DNA of 59,450 bases, counting the filler, from Asterionella formosa (taxonomy: Eukaryota), in NCBI GenBank assembly GCA_002256025.1. It is 9 parts of 9 records of this genome, joined end to end, with 100 filler letters (N's around TTAATTAATTAA, not from the genome) between each part and the next. Parts side by side here need not be neighbours in the genome. Positions count along the whole stretch, not along the records: positions 6,639 to 13,174 come from NKIB01012682.1; positions 13,275 to 19,804 come from NKIB01012683.1; positions 19,905 to 26,434 come from NKIB01012684.1; 6 more parts are not named here. One strand, given 5' to 3'. The notes under the pieces were generated by a model that was not told the DNA's origin, made no database searches, and was given only the letters and a program-made list of their open reading frames with translations. Below are positions 12,475-25,858 of this stretch, piece after piece. Numbering within the stretch: position 1 is the first letter of the stretch; each line of letters starts with the position of its first letter. A program made the position numbers and the translations under genes.

Positions 12475-13174
12475 ATGGATGTGGAGAATCAAGCGATAGC
12501 GAGTCGACAGCATAAGGGTCTGATGAAGACTAGAGCTTCACAAACATCTTCCCATTGCCATCCTCCTGTAAGTTTGACTTGTTGTCTTTATATACATCAT
12601 GGTTGCCACTAACTCTTGATTGCCATTTCTAGGAAGTAACCGATGGCATGAGCAAATTGCCGGCATGCGAAGCCCACTTTTCTCATCCTCGAGGAACTTG
12701 CGAAAATTTCGTTGAATGGTTGACTATCAAATACACCAAATCGCCCATTTGGCTTGTTTTAATTTTCATTTTTTTTCTTGTACTTCTTCTTCATTCTCAC
12801 TTTCCAATTACTCCTCATGTTTTCTGTGAGAATGAACAGTGAGACGGCGTGTGTTATTGGATATAATGTCACAGATGAAAGCGTTAGTCACAAAAATGAA
12901 GTTCTCTTCGAATTAAGTTGGAATACGTTTGCAACGGTAGGTTATGGATGTACCAGTGTTTCCAAAAAACACCCATGCATGGGATTTCGATTTCTGCTTT
13001 TCACAGAAGCATTTTTCGGTATTCTTTTTACTTGCTTTTGTGGCTCCACCTTGTACGCCAGAATAACTTGTCTTTATACACAGGCTCAAGTTACATTTAG
13101 CCCTTCCATGTGTCTGCGATTTGGGGACGGATCAAATCATCCTGTAAGTGAAGTGAAAAGGGAGTTCTGCTCTA
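12475..13174 (+). CDS. Second Kir-type potassium channel, 3'-truncated by the contig end; exon1 12475-12567, intron 12568-12632, frameshift in a T8 run at 12769-12776
   Basis: FELSWNTFATVGYG filter and FLLFTEAFFGILF TM2. The intron has a GTAAGT donor, ACTAAC branch site and TAG acceptor. The reading frame shifts by one base at the homopolymer. Confidence 0.75.
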
Positions 13175-13274
13175 NNNNNNNNNNNNNNNNNNNNNNNNNN
13201 NNNNNNNNNNNNNNNNNNTTAATTAATTAANNNNNNNNNNNNNNNNNNNNNNNNNNNNNNNNNNNNNNNNNNNN
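13175..13274. other. Artificial contig linker
   Basis: N44-TTAATTAATTAA-N44. Confidence 0.99.
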
Positions 13275-14745
13275 GAAGGATTCAGCGACGAGCGTCCTTG
13301 GGACCTTCGGATACCTGCTTCGTTGTGATGGAACACTCTAGCACTGATCCGACAGATGAGAGCACTCCTAGTACTAATCAATTCATGCATACACTGAGAA
13401 GGAGAGAAAGCATGTCATTTTAGAGATGAGAGACAGTAAAATCAGTGTACAAGCAAAATTTCCCAATCAATATTTTTTCTTATGCATATTAACCTTTTTA
13501 TAATACTGGAGTGATTGGTAATAGTGGCATTTTGTAATTTGTTGGTTTATTACACTGATGGAGTCTAGTAATCACCCAAATGTGACGATTGCATCTTCTG
13601 GGCAGGCTGTGATTTTTGTTGCACTAAATGTCAGTGCTGGTGGCAGGATGAAGTTGAAGATGTTTTTGGAAGATGATTCCATTCACACAGAATGAAAGAT
13701 AAGACAATAAGCCACACACCATGAGCACACAATGTTGTTTACAAGTTTTTAATCACAGTTTTCTGTGGACCATTGGGAAAAGGTGTTTGGAAGGAACTTC
13801 CTGACTTTAAAATCCTAGGAACCAAGCAAACAAAGTGTACACTTATTTCAAACCAATTTTTAAACATTCCAAATCTAGTTGGGTTTAGTTTTTTTATTCC
13901 TACCATTCATTTCATTAGTTTTTCTACTTCATACCGCCTATCTTGTCTTTATGCTGATTCAATTTCTTTTATTAGAAATAAGGTGGCATGAAATTGGCTT
14001 GATCAATAAATAACAAATTAAGAAGAATATATTACAAGATGCATGTTCTCCTATAGTTTATTGTTAAATCAACCACTAAATAAACAACTCCAACAAAAGA
14101 GAAAATCATGCCACCTTCCAGTGGTGTCCATCTCATTTCCGAAATTGTTGTTAAACAGTGATGAAAATCAGAACAGGTGGTCCTCTAAAATCCCATTCCC
14201 TCATCCCTTCCTCCCTCCACAATGATAACATCGACTAATGGACCAGACTCGCTACTAGACAGGAATCAGCCATCTAATAGACTATCATTCATTGCCGAAA
14301 TTGCTACTAGAAAATAAGTGTTACAACAATTTTTCTTAATAAATTTGTAAATGAATATCACAAAAAATTGTATTTTTGTCTTTGTAAAGTACTTTCAAAC
14401 AAAGAGTAACCAAAAGATGTACATCAGAAAATAATGTGATGCATTTCTAGACCAGGATATCTAAGAGCACCAACCAATTTCACGCATGAACCAACCTTTG
14501 ATTGTTGTGTCTTCAGAAAATTTCGGTTTGGCAAGCAAGCAAAATCAAAGTCTCCTACTATTTCTCAACTTCAAATCTACCAGAAGCAATAACACTGTCT
14601 ATACAAATGAGCAATTCAATTTCATTGTTGGCTCAAGGAATTTTTGTCAGCTTGGACTGCCTAAACCAACCCATCCACATCGTGGTTGCCTCCTCCGCTG
14701 AGCGAATCCCACTTTCCACCACTGTCCACCACTGTCCACTCTCCT

Positions 14746-14819
14746 GGAGTGCTGAAAGGGGAATGGCTTAGTGGCTAGCACACCTCATGAGGTGGCGGGT
14801 TTGATTCTTGCACGCTCCA
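14746..14819 (+). pseudogene. tRNA-like relic or tRNA-derived SINE head
   Basis: A-box-like TGGCTTAGTGG, T-arm GCGGG-TTTGATT-CTTGC, and pairing ends GGAGTG / CGCTCC-A. The anticodon arm is not canonical. Confidence 0.4.
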
Positions 14820-17227
14820 ACATAAACTGCAGCATGTTCTGGTCCAGGCGAGGAAATAGTTCAACAAGACAGAGTGAAGTTATTTGGCTTAGCCTCAGCA
14901 CTGAAGTTCCTAATGGAATTTATCTATTTCCACAAGATAGCTAATAGCTAAACATTCGGTTGTAAACATATGGACAGATAGTGCTACAGAACTGGTGGTG
15001 AGAATAAACTTTCTATCATGGAGCAATCAAACATGTCATCACCTTCCAGAAAATGCTGATATAATGTCTCTCACAGAAAAAGTTATCAATACTAGCCTAC
15101 TACCAGTCACAGTGAAAATCAGGTGGACTCAAAAGCTCAAGCAAGTGCAATTAAACTCATCAGTGCAACTGAAAGTAATGGCTGACGCCATCATGGCGCG
15201 GTGCCAGGCAGGCTGCAGCCAAAAGAAATAATAAGTCCCCTCATTATCCAACAATGATGCAGGCAGGGCAGCTTACTTGCTGTTCAGTGTCGTATACTAC
15301 ACACAGCCACTGCTGAACACATGCAGCAGAATATAAAACATGCAGCAGAATATAAAGCTTAGAGAGTAGAAACAGTGATCCGAGGAGAAATATGACAAAA
15401 ACAAGAAGAAAGTGGACGACTGGGAAAAACGCTTAGCTGAATAAAGGGGAGAGGAGCGAAGAACCACCACAACAATGCTTGCTTACTAAATACATCCATG
15501 GTTGGCTGGTTTTCAACAGGAGCACGAAGACTGCTAACAATGCATCAGGGAATAGACAAGCGGAGCAAGAGAAAACAAAAAACACATCATGGCTGGCATG
15601 TCAGCATCCAAAAAATCATGTTTATAAGAGATACACATAGCTAGGTCCACAATGTCAAGGAAAGTTCACCAAAGCAACCACAACAGGAAAAAGTAACACC
15701 AGTGTGGATAGAAACCTTTAAACATTTTATCTCCCAGACCACGGAAAGATTCATCCTACTAAGATTTGCACCAGGCACACAGTATTAAACATGCAAAAAT
15801 AAAATTCTCTAAGAAAACCTATGACCTTGCATGGGTACTACCACCACACATCAGCAAAACCACTGGAGCAAAACTCAACCAAAGCGCAAAGTAATCTTTG
15901 GTCTGGGCAACCACAGTAATACGAACCCAACTATGGTACTAGGAGGTGACCAAGGCAGCATGGCAGGAACCAGACAACACACTCCACATTGGAAAGAGCA
16001 ACTTAATATCAACGCAATTGGAATATGATGGAAAAACTTAAGACATGATATTATTTCCACTATTGCCCTGTCAAAATCCTTGAACATGTGAGAGTAATCA
16101 CAGTGGATAATTCAATGTAGAGGATGATAGTATGGGATGTGACTCATTGGTCATGATGAAATAGGCACGAAGAAATAGTCAGGAATCAACTGTTGGCTGA
16201 TTTAAATGATTCCTGAGGCAGCAACATGTTCAGATAGTAGGGCGATGTGGGAAAGGGTGTGACAAGGGCATTCTATGCAGCAGGGGAGGGGGGGGCACAA
16301 GATTTGCAGCTGTGTGGCCGACAACCAGCAATCAAATGAACTTCCCATTCTTGAGAAGAACAAACTCTCCTTCATGATGCAAGAAGTGCTGTAGTAGATA
16401 TAGCTTCTATAAGTATAGCATTTCTACTGTTGTCTGGCGTATTAGCAGTTTCTAGACCAGCAACAAAGACATCCTAAATTAGTAGCTATCATCCTGAATG
16501 AGATTTCTTGTTACAAGCAGCAAGCAATTCACATGGTGAGTCTGAGGTTCAGGCATCAAAAGAAGCAAGGGGCAAGAAAGCCTGCTTAATTATTCGACTA
16601 TCAGATAAAGTTGGGAAACTAAAATAATCACTTCTCTCAACAAAAAAAAAGCTACATTACATATCCGTATGCGACATACGGGATCAAAAATTCTATCCGC
16701 AACGACAAGTGCTCCATGTGCCGGTGATCTGGTACATATTGTACGGGCCTTCAGCAACGCACATTGCTCGCCTACCGGTAAGCACATGGACAAAAAGGGC
16801 AGTGCAACCGGCGGCCTTACCGGTCTATCAATTGAAATATTTACCTAAGACATGGACATATTTGTAACTGTCTGAACTTTTATTTAATTGAGAAAAGAAC
16901 GATGTGCAATGTTCCTTTATGTGCTAATAATATATATAATTAATACGTGTACCTCTATGCGAATTTTTCCTTACATATCTATATACCTGTATATAAAGGG
17001 GCTTATTTATAGGTCTCATCAACTTTAGTGTATGATATAGCTACAAATGAAACGGATTATTTGATCACACTTGTTCATTTAACAATCTCCTCCTTTTTTA
17101 TTTCTCTTGTGTTTCGCCTGGTGTCAACTTCAGCCTCCATCTGCATGCCTCAAGGACTGCTTTTCGCTGGCTCATACTCAAGACCTCCAACTGAAGGACG
17201 AGATACAAAGTGCATTATCATCAATCA

Positions 17228-17473
17228 ATGAATACTACAAATACAACCACCAGTAGTAGTAGTAGTAGTAGTGCCCAGTATGTGGAGCCTCCTGGAGTGA
17301 TTGTGTCGTTGTTGCTTGGATTTTGTATTGCCATGGGTTTCTTACATTTGGTATTCATTATTTTTACTGTCAGCGAGATGATATGGTTCCGTTGTAGAGG
17401 CTACAAAAAATCAATGGAGCCTGCATCTTCTTCTCAACAACGTCGATCAATTCTACATTACGGGATGGTGTAA
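17228..17473 (+). CDS. Possible small single-pass membrane protein (about 81 aa)
   Basis: ATG ORF with a Thr/Ser-rich N-terminus (N-x-T sequons), a hydrophobic stretch VIVSLLLGFCIAMGFLHLVFIIF and basic residues after it. No recognisable family. Confidence 0.35.
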   Translation: MNTTNTTTSSSSSSSAQYVEPPGVIVSLLLGFCIAMGFLHLVFIIFTVSEMIWFRCRGYKKSMEPASSSQQRRSILHYGMV

Positions 17474-18730
17474 CAACAAGATCATCATTGGGAGAGAATG
17501 CTGATTATGGGGGGACAATGTTTCGTAAAATGACCCAAAACCAAACCAAAAGGAAGGAAACCATTCATTGACAGAAGCTTGTTTCAAATAATAAAACCAA
17601 AACGAGTTCTTTCAGGTAGTTTTGGCTATTTGCATGGATCCTACATGTTCGTGGAGAAAAAGTATCAACAAGAGTTTCTGTGTATCCAAAGTGAGTGAAT
17701 GCTCGTCGTTTTGTTTACGTAGTACGTAGTACGAGAATGGTAACGAACAAATGTGCTTTTCATAAGAAACATATAAATGATGATGCTCCTGAGTTTTAAG
17801 TGTGAGTAATTCAATCATTTCTTTATAATGGCTGTGTTCCATTTGCTTCAGCCATAATTTTCAGTGGACCTATAGTAAAGCACATAAATGTCCATTTCAT
17901 TCCGATGTAATTCTAGTGAAACTAGTTCAGAAACACGTAGCTCTAAGCACGCAGCTAGTACTATCGATGTGTTTTCTTATAGTTCATTTTACATGCTAAA
18001 GTGAGTTCATCATGTGAAAGGATCGATTCATCATTAAACATTGATGACATTGATGATACAGCTCCTTTCTTCTTGTCAAGTCCATCAGTCCTGGAACTTT
18101 GCAGTGAAGCAAATGATGATTAAAAAAGCCAGGAATCTGTGGCTGTATCATCATGCAAGGTTGATATTATCGTTTGTTATTTTATTCTTCACAGTTAGTG
18201 ACAGGAAGGGACGACCTTGAAGCTCATGTCATGGTGCCAGTGTGCGTGGCTGAATAACAACATGATATACAATACCAGGGTACCTGGTACCACTAGTTAA
18301 AAGTACGGTAACTGAAGTTACCAGGTATACCACGTACCGGTAGTAACGGTGCCGTTCGTAAAATGATTACCGGTACCGTCATTCCAGATACTGGTACCAT
18401 GGTACCAGGTTTGATGCACCGGGAGACCACGTCTACAACCTCAGTACCAGGACGTACCCGGTATCATGGTACAGTACCTGGTAGAGCAGCTACTGTAGGC
18501 ATTACGATATTTGGAACGAAGTAAATACCGGTGGTACCGGTACCTTGTACTCCCTCGGGTTGAAAATAATTGCAATCTCCATGAGAATCCGAATTAATGC
18601 ATGGTCTCAACAGCATAATCAGCAACAAGACCAACAATCCATCCTACGGGTACTGGTATACCACGCACTGCAGCGTACGCATCGGTAGCCACAATCATTA
18701 CCGTTAGACTAAGAATCCTCCTCGAACAAC

Positions 18731-19804
18731 ATGTGGGCTCGCACCTCCTTGGGTAGTCAAGATGACTTGTCATTGCAGCAACAGCAACATGACAATTACC
18801 GGTATCATCATCAAGGCAACGGCAATCAGAATCAGAATCAGAATCAGAATGAACATGTCAATGACATTGACGACGATGAATATCCGGACAGCCTTGCCAT
18901 GGGTGTTTCCATGTTGAGCAATGCAGCCTCTTCCTTTCTTCGTAGTGGAAAGAAGGCTGCGTCGCAGTTTGTAGCAACAGCTGCGCCACCACCCTTGTTT
19001 CCCCCCATGTCTACTACCGGTACTACCTCTCCTACTACCAATGCTACCGGTACTACCACTTACAACGCTACTGCTACTATCGGTACTACTAGAGCTTCAA
19101 TCCCGACAGCTTCTGTTGCTACTACCGGTACGACAGCAGCTTCCAAACCTCCTCCTCCACTTGCACCAATGACTGCTAGTGCTAGTACTAGTACTACTAA
19201 TACTAATACTACTTTGACCAGTAAGAAACCTCCTGTTACTATCACTGGCAGTATTCCTTCTTCCATTACCAAGACTCCACCATTGGCTGTTGTTGTGGTG
19301 GAACGACAATCTCCCATTTCATTGAAATCAGTTGCTGGTACAATTCCTTTGATGCCACTATCATCATCATTGTCAGTGCACAAACATCCATTGTCTCTTC
19401 CAACATTACGTAAACCTAGTCCATCATTTCCATCACCTGGAAGTACAATGGCTACCGGCTCATGGAAAAATCCTAAAAGTACGACTTCTCCTACCATTCC
19501 TACACAACAACAGCAACAACAACGTGTACTACAATTGCCAAGACCAAAGTCACATTATTTACAACAACAACAATCGCCATCACCATCACCATTACTGACA
19601 ACCAATAGTACAATTACTCCTAAAGGATCCATTCGAAAATGGGGTGGATTTAAAGTTCCACCATCCAAAACAAAAGCTGATTGTAGTAAAACTACCCTTA
19701 GTATGGGCAATCCACTACCATCACCGCAACAAGGAGTTGTTACCAAACTAATGGATGAAGGGTTGCCTCATAACTACGGCATGTCCACTACATCTTCTGC
19801 TGTT
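18731..19804 (+). CDS. Low-complexity Thr/Ser/Pro/Gln-rich protein, N-terminal part (cut by the contig end)
   Basis: Over 1 kb open frame from an ATG with poly-Q and NQ repeats and T/P-rich tracts; no folded domain recognised. Confidence 0.6.
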
Positions 19805-19904
19805 NNNNNNNNNNNNNNNNNNNNNNNNNNNNNNNNNNNNNNNNNNNNTTAATTAATTAANNNNNNNNNNNNNNNNNNNNNNNNNNNNNNNNNNNNNNNN
19901 NNNN
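19805..19904. other. Artificial contig linker
   Basis: N44-TTAATTAATTAA-N44. Confidence 0.99.
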
Positions 19905-21004
19905 TTGTATCGTTGGTTGGAAGGAGATGAGATGAAAGGAACAAGTCAATATCAGTTGCTTTGCACTTTTATATCTTATCATCGGTTCATTCCTCTGGAG
20001 CAGAAATGAAAAAGAAAGCAGGGAGGAAGAAAAACATTTTGATTCGAACTACCTGGTACCAGGGTACCACCGGTACCAGACCACAGGTACCGGTAGTCTA
20101 CTCGTATTAACCAATCCATCAAGACACTGACGCCGGCCGGCTGTCGATGTTCCACTGGTGTGTGTCATTATGACTTGCAACATTGGTGGTTCGGCGTGGG
20201 AGTACGAGCGGCATACAGACAAAGAAACGTACGAGGGTGTTCTCATGGCTGAGGTTCCAGACAGTGTTGCCAGTGTCAGTCAGGTTCACCCATTTTCACT
20301 GGTGGTGCTCTACTCATGTTTATGTTGCATTTATGTTTGAGTACCAGTAGTTTTTATGTTGTAAGGCTGGTTGCATCAAAATAATAATTATAGTAGCCCA
20401 TGTAGCGCTGGTACAAACTATTATCCTTATCCCTACCGTAGGAAGGAATATCGCGCCAATTTGTTTGCTTCAATCGGCTCACCATGTTGCTCTATATTGC
20501 TGCCGTTTCCTGTGCAAAACTGATTCCCCAAAGGCTTTTATATTTGTTTGTATAGTCATGAGTGAAATGCTTTTGGGGAATCACTTTTCACATGTAATTC
20601 AAAAAGTCATAGCAATATCCGTTATGGCTGCCATCAGTGACCCTGCCATTCATCGTGTTTGGTTGCCGGTCGATCTATTCAGGGAAAATCTTCACAAAAA
20701 GATCTCTTTTGGCGATAACATACAATTTAATACTAATAGATTGATAAGGTATCTCAATAAGGTTTTTCCAAATCAATCTTTGGAGTCAAATGAAGTTACT
20801 CTACATAATGCCTTTGATTCAAATAGTAAAATTACTATTACTGGTCTAGCAGAAGATGAATTAAATTCAAGGAAAAGGAGAAGACACAAGTGAACAACAA
20901 GAAGGAGAAGAAGAAGGCAAAGAAGCAACTGGTAGACTATTATTGCTACTAGTAGCAGGGGGGAGTGATGAATCATCAGAACTAGTAGCTATGAGAGATC
21001 CTTC

Positions 21005-24000
21005 ATGAGTTTCACATTTGTGACAACTCAAACCAACATTGGCATGTCTATGATGAGGCCATCACGGATGGAACCTGCTACTTTTGAATTGGACAGTTAT
21101 CCAATAATCATTGACAATTGCTCAACAGCATGTGTTACAAACAATGTAAATGACTTCATTGGAGATACCAAAGATATTCAGGCAAGGGTAACTGGAATTG
21201 GAGGACAAATATGCATCACAAAGATTGGTACAGTCAAATGGAACATTGAAGATGATCAAGGAAGGATTCATCAAGTCAAAATTAAGGATACTTTCTATGC
21301 ATATGATGCACCAATTTGATTGTTGTCACCACAACATTGGGCAAAATCCGCAAATGATAATTCTGAACATATCAAGGGAACATGGCAAGTGACCTATGAT
21401 GACCAAATTGAATTACATTGGAGCAACAACAAGTTTCAAAAGACAATAATCCTTGATTCAATCACAAATGAGGGGAGATTTCAATCAGCACCGGGTTTCC
21501 AGCGATTTATGGTACATAACATGTTGATTCAACCAGAGACCAGTCATGTGTGTTGTTTCGATGCAAATTTGGTGTCTGATGACGAACAATCAATAACATT
21601 GGATACCACAGTTAAAGATTGTGAAACAACCATTGCAAATGAGATTCCAACACAGCTCATACCGACACTTGACAAAAATCTATCAAAAAGAACTGGCCCC
21701 CATGTAATCAACTTTCATGATGAAGATCAGCTGGATTATAAAGAAACTAACAGTGTTTTGGAACATCAACTTGCTCCAATGGCACTATTACTCCGATTGT
21801 ATTATCAAATGTCTCATTTGTCCTTCAGGTCACTAAGATTAATGGCGGAAAATGGTCATCTCTCAAGAAAGATAATGGAATGTCCAATACCAAAGTGTAC
21901 TGCTTGCATGTTTGGAAGAGCAACCAGAAGACCATGGAGAACTAAGTCAACTATAAATGCAAAAATCAAGATAACAACGCAACCAGGACAATGTGTTTCA
22001 GTTGATCAATTGGAGTCCCCCACACCTGGTTTGGCTACCCAACTCAGAGGCATACCGACAACATTGAGATACAAGGCAGCAACAATATTTGTTGATCATT
22101 TCAGTTGTATGAGTAATGTTCATTTACAACCAACATTGTCATCACAGGATACCATTAAGGCAAAGAAAGCTTTTGAAAAGTTTGCTCGAAGTCATGGAGT
22201 GATTATAAAGCACTATCATGCTGATAATGGTCGATTTGCGGATAATGCATTCATTGCTGATACTCATGAACAGCAACAGACAATCACATATTGTGGTGTG
22301 AATGCACATTTCCAAAATGGAATTGCTGAAAAGCGGATTCGAGACCTCACCAGAACATCACTCCTACATGCCTCAAATAGATGGCCCAAGGCAATATCAA
22401 CATGACAATGACCTTATGCATTGAGAACCGCAAATGATTTTATTAATTCGTCACCCAAACGAAGTGATTGAAAATCTGCATTAGAAGTCTTCTCAAATAC
22501 AAATGTTGTCTCAAAGCTTGATTTTTTTCACCCCTTTGGCTGTCCAGTTTACAACATTTTGGACAACAAGCTCCAAGCTGACCAGAAGATAGACAAGTGG
22601 TATAAGAGAACTCGAGTCGGAATTTACCTTGGGCTATCGCCAAACCATTCAAGATATGTGTCACTAGTGCTAAATATCTTAACGGGTATGGTCTCACCAC
22701 AATTTCACTATAAGGCGGATGACATGTTTGAGACAGTAAATGTCCCTGAAGACAGCAACTACATTCGATGGCAGATTGTTACCAGGTTTGTTGGAGGTAA
22801 GTTCAGTGCAGAAACAAAACTTCATGTTTCAAGAGTAAAGATGGGTAGAATAACGGTATTGGGAACCACAGCTCCCAAACCAATTGACAATGAGTAAGCA
22901 GCGCCCATTCAACAAACAGATATTGAATCAGATACATCTCCAGTGCATCATGATAATTCCTCTGAGAAACCAACATTCCCAGAAATATCTGAAGGAGTTG
23001 TTCATGGACCCCTCGAAGGCACCGGTCGGTGGTCTGAGAGGCACAAACCCTCAAAGAAGCTTCGAGAAAGCATTGAACAAGGTTTCCTGTCCCTTCCAAC
23101 GATTTTCCATGATGAATATGTAGATGAGGAGTACAGATAACAAGAGAGCATGCGTGATCCCATTGCATTTGCAGCAAGTAATGACAAGGACACAATGTAT
23201 GTTGATCAGGCAATGAGGGCACCAGATCGCAAACAATGCCTCAAAGCCATGGTGGATGAGGTTGAAGCCCACACTAGCTAACAATGGTCTCTGGAAAATA
23301 ATTCTGAAAACAGAAGTGCCTCTTGGGATCAAAATGCTCCCATCAGTGTGGGCCATGAAGCGCAAGAGAAGAATTCTCACTCAAGAAGTGTATAACTCAA
23401 ATGGAAAGCAAGGCTCAACATTCATGAAGGAGAACTAAGTGATTACTTGGGAATCAAGATCACCAAACTCCAGGACGGAAGAATTACTTTGACTCAGCCA
23501 CAATTGATCAATTCAATCATAACTGATTTGAATTTTGCACCCAATACAAAGCCAAAAGATATACGTGCTAACTCTTCCGTATTTCTACAAAGAGATGTGG
23601 AAGGTGATGAGTTTGACAAACCATGGACCACCTACAGGTCAGTAATTGGAAAGCTAAACTTCCTAGAGAAATCAACAACACCCGACACATCTTATGCAGT
23701 GCATCAGTGTGCAAGATTTGCATCCCATCCAACAAAGAAGAGCCATGGAGATGCGGTCAGAAATTTTGTCCGATACCTCTATGGTACAAGGGATAAAGGA
23801 ATTATCATGAACCCTCATGGACATGATTTTACAGTGGCTGTTGACAGCGTTTTTTCAGGAAATTGGAATAAAGATACAGCAATGAATGATGTCATGACAG
23901 TCAAGTCAATGTCAGGTTACATCATAATGTATTCAGGATGCCCCATTTTGTGGTCATCCAAGCTCCAGACAGAAATAGCGTTATCAACCACTGAAACAGA

Positions 24001-24801
24001 ATATGTTGCATGCTCAAATTCCCTTCGAGAAACGATTCCAATCATGAATCTTATGGATGAAATGCGAAGACGATATGAAAATGGCATTATTGCAATTCCT
24101 ATAGTGAAGTGCGAACTGTTTGAAGACAATTCGGGTGCATTGGAGATTGCTACAGTTCACAAAATGAGACCAAGAACCAAGCACATTAATATAAAATATC
24201 ACCACTTCCAGGAATATGTCAGATTGAAGAAGATAACAATTCAATCAATCAAATCTGAGGACAACTACTCTGATGGATTTACAAAACCTCTACCAGTGGA
24301 GTCATTTCGGGATCCTCGCAACACTGTTCAAGGATGGTAGCTAGTGAAGGCGATTATGATGAAAACAAAAGTAAATCAAGTCATATGAAGGAGTGTGGAT
24401 TTATGCGCAAATTGATAGCATGATTTCCTTTCTATGATGCAAGCACAGCACATGCGCAATCACATGCACTTCAATATATATTCCAGCTCGAGGATATACA
24501 TACGTATTTGCATACCAGGTACCAACGTGTGATTGGTTGGTTTGCACAGCATGATACCTATATGTATGTTATTCATCACATTTTGCATTATATTGCATTC
24601 TCAATAACATTCACAACAATTGATTGCGTCGCCATCACAGCAATTGATTGTACTGCTTATTTATAAATTGAGAACCTCTCTGTGAATCCTCTGTGAATCC
24701 ATCATCTTGTAAATCACCTTGTGAAAGTCACAGATTAAGTTCTCGAAAATTCGCAGTCAGTTTATACTAGTCATAATTTCTGGAACTGATAATTTACAAC
24801 A
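21005..24801 (+). mobile_element. Degenerate Ty1/Copia retrotransposon pol (PR-IN-RT-RNaseH) with polypurine tract and probable 3' LTR (about 24394-24801)
   Basis: Protease IIIDNCSTAC; integrase H..C..C, VSVDQL, HADNG and QNGIAEKRIR; RT start WAMKRKR...KWKARLN; RNase H WSSKLQ..ALSTTETEY, EDNSG and RTKHINIKYHHF. Copia domain order with several stops and frameshifts. Purine tract GAAGGAG is followed by TG. Confidence 0.9.
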
Positions 24802-24829
24802 CTAGATAAATTCATCTACACTAGCAATT

Positions 24830-25110
24830 CGGAATCCTTGCGGACTTACTTCAATCCAACGACTGTACTAGCCTCTCAGCAACCGGATAAGCTCACACAA
24901 AAAGGATAAGACATATTTCAAGACAAGCAAGACAATATTTATATGCATACTTAAAGGTTTGGAAAGATCTGGATGTACAACAACATGACAGGATGGACGC
25001 CGAAGTTGACACAAGAACACATGAAGCAGACCCCATCAACTTTGAGAAGCTTGTCAAACAATTCAAAACAAACTGCTGTGCTCTCGATTTCGACTCAACT
25101 TTCTGCAAGG
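24830..25110 (+). mobile_element. Possible C-terminal remnant of a DDE-type DNA transposase
   Basis: One frame reads ...INFEKLVKQFKTNCCALDFDSTF, resembling transposase C-termini I recall from diatom repeats; not verified by search. Confidence 0.3.
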
Positions 25111-25252
25111 CAACCTATGTCAATGATCCAACATAATGAACAACAGAGCAACGAAGCAAACAAGAAGCAAGCAGCAAAATCAACAAACATGAATGACGAC
25201 AACAGATCGATGTTACATACCTTTTGAGGGGAAACGAGTGGAGGGCAATATA

Positions 25253-25629
25253 TGTTAAAGTATTACCTTTTTGTATAGATCTATATCCTTAGACAAAGAA
25301 GACTATAGATAGAGACGTTTGTTTCTCTTTCCGTTTCTATATTCTTATTGTGAGTTTACTAATCTAGTTTAGGTTGTTCTGTTTGAACAAACAAACGAAC
25401 TATTCTCCAAATGCTGTTTGCATTTCTAGAAACATACAATCATAGATAGACCCATGTCTATCTCACACTTACTGATCATAGGTATTTAACCATGATCATT
25501 CATTTTCAAACTATTGGTCTTCCGAAATAGCTTATATTGTCTGGCTCATTATTGTCGGAGTAACAAGGTATAATGTGTGGTTGATGAGAGCTTGGTACAT
25601 CAAAGTGGACTCATTCGAATCGTTTGACT
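25253..25629 (-). repeat. Dispersed repeat, probable solo LTR (diverged copy of 56120-56489)
   Basis: Colinear shared blocks ACAAAGAAGACTATAGATA, TTTGTTTCTCTTT, ATAGATAGACCCATGTCTA, TCTGGCTCATTAT and GACTCATTCGA. Confidence 0.75.
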
Positions 25630-25858
25630 CGTTTGACTCCGAGTCCTAACTACCGGTACGTAGATGAGCTCACTTTAACAAATATATATAGGTATATCAA
25701 TGAATTTAATAGCCTTCTCAGCTCACCAGTTGATAAATTGCAATTTACCAAATTGACTAGGTTTACCAAAACCTGTTGGGGATCATTCATATTCATAGAC
25801 TCTTTACATTTACTCTATTCACAACTACACATATATGTTACCTGTTATTCTCATTTCT

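Noticed and set aside
15000..16590. Possible non-LTR retrotransposon body
   Set aside because: No RT, endonuclease or RNase H motif could be recovered by eye; too decayed to call.
20465..20893. 142-aa ORF as the gag of the downstream Copia
   Set aside because: No gag or zinc-knuckle motif and no LTR/PBS upstream; more likely a fragment of another element.
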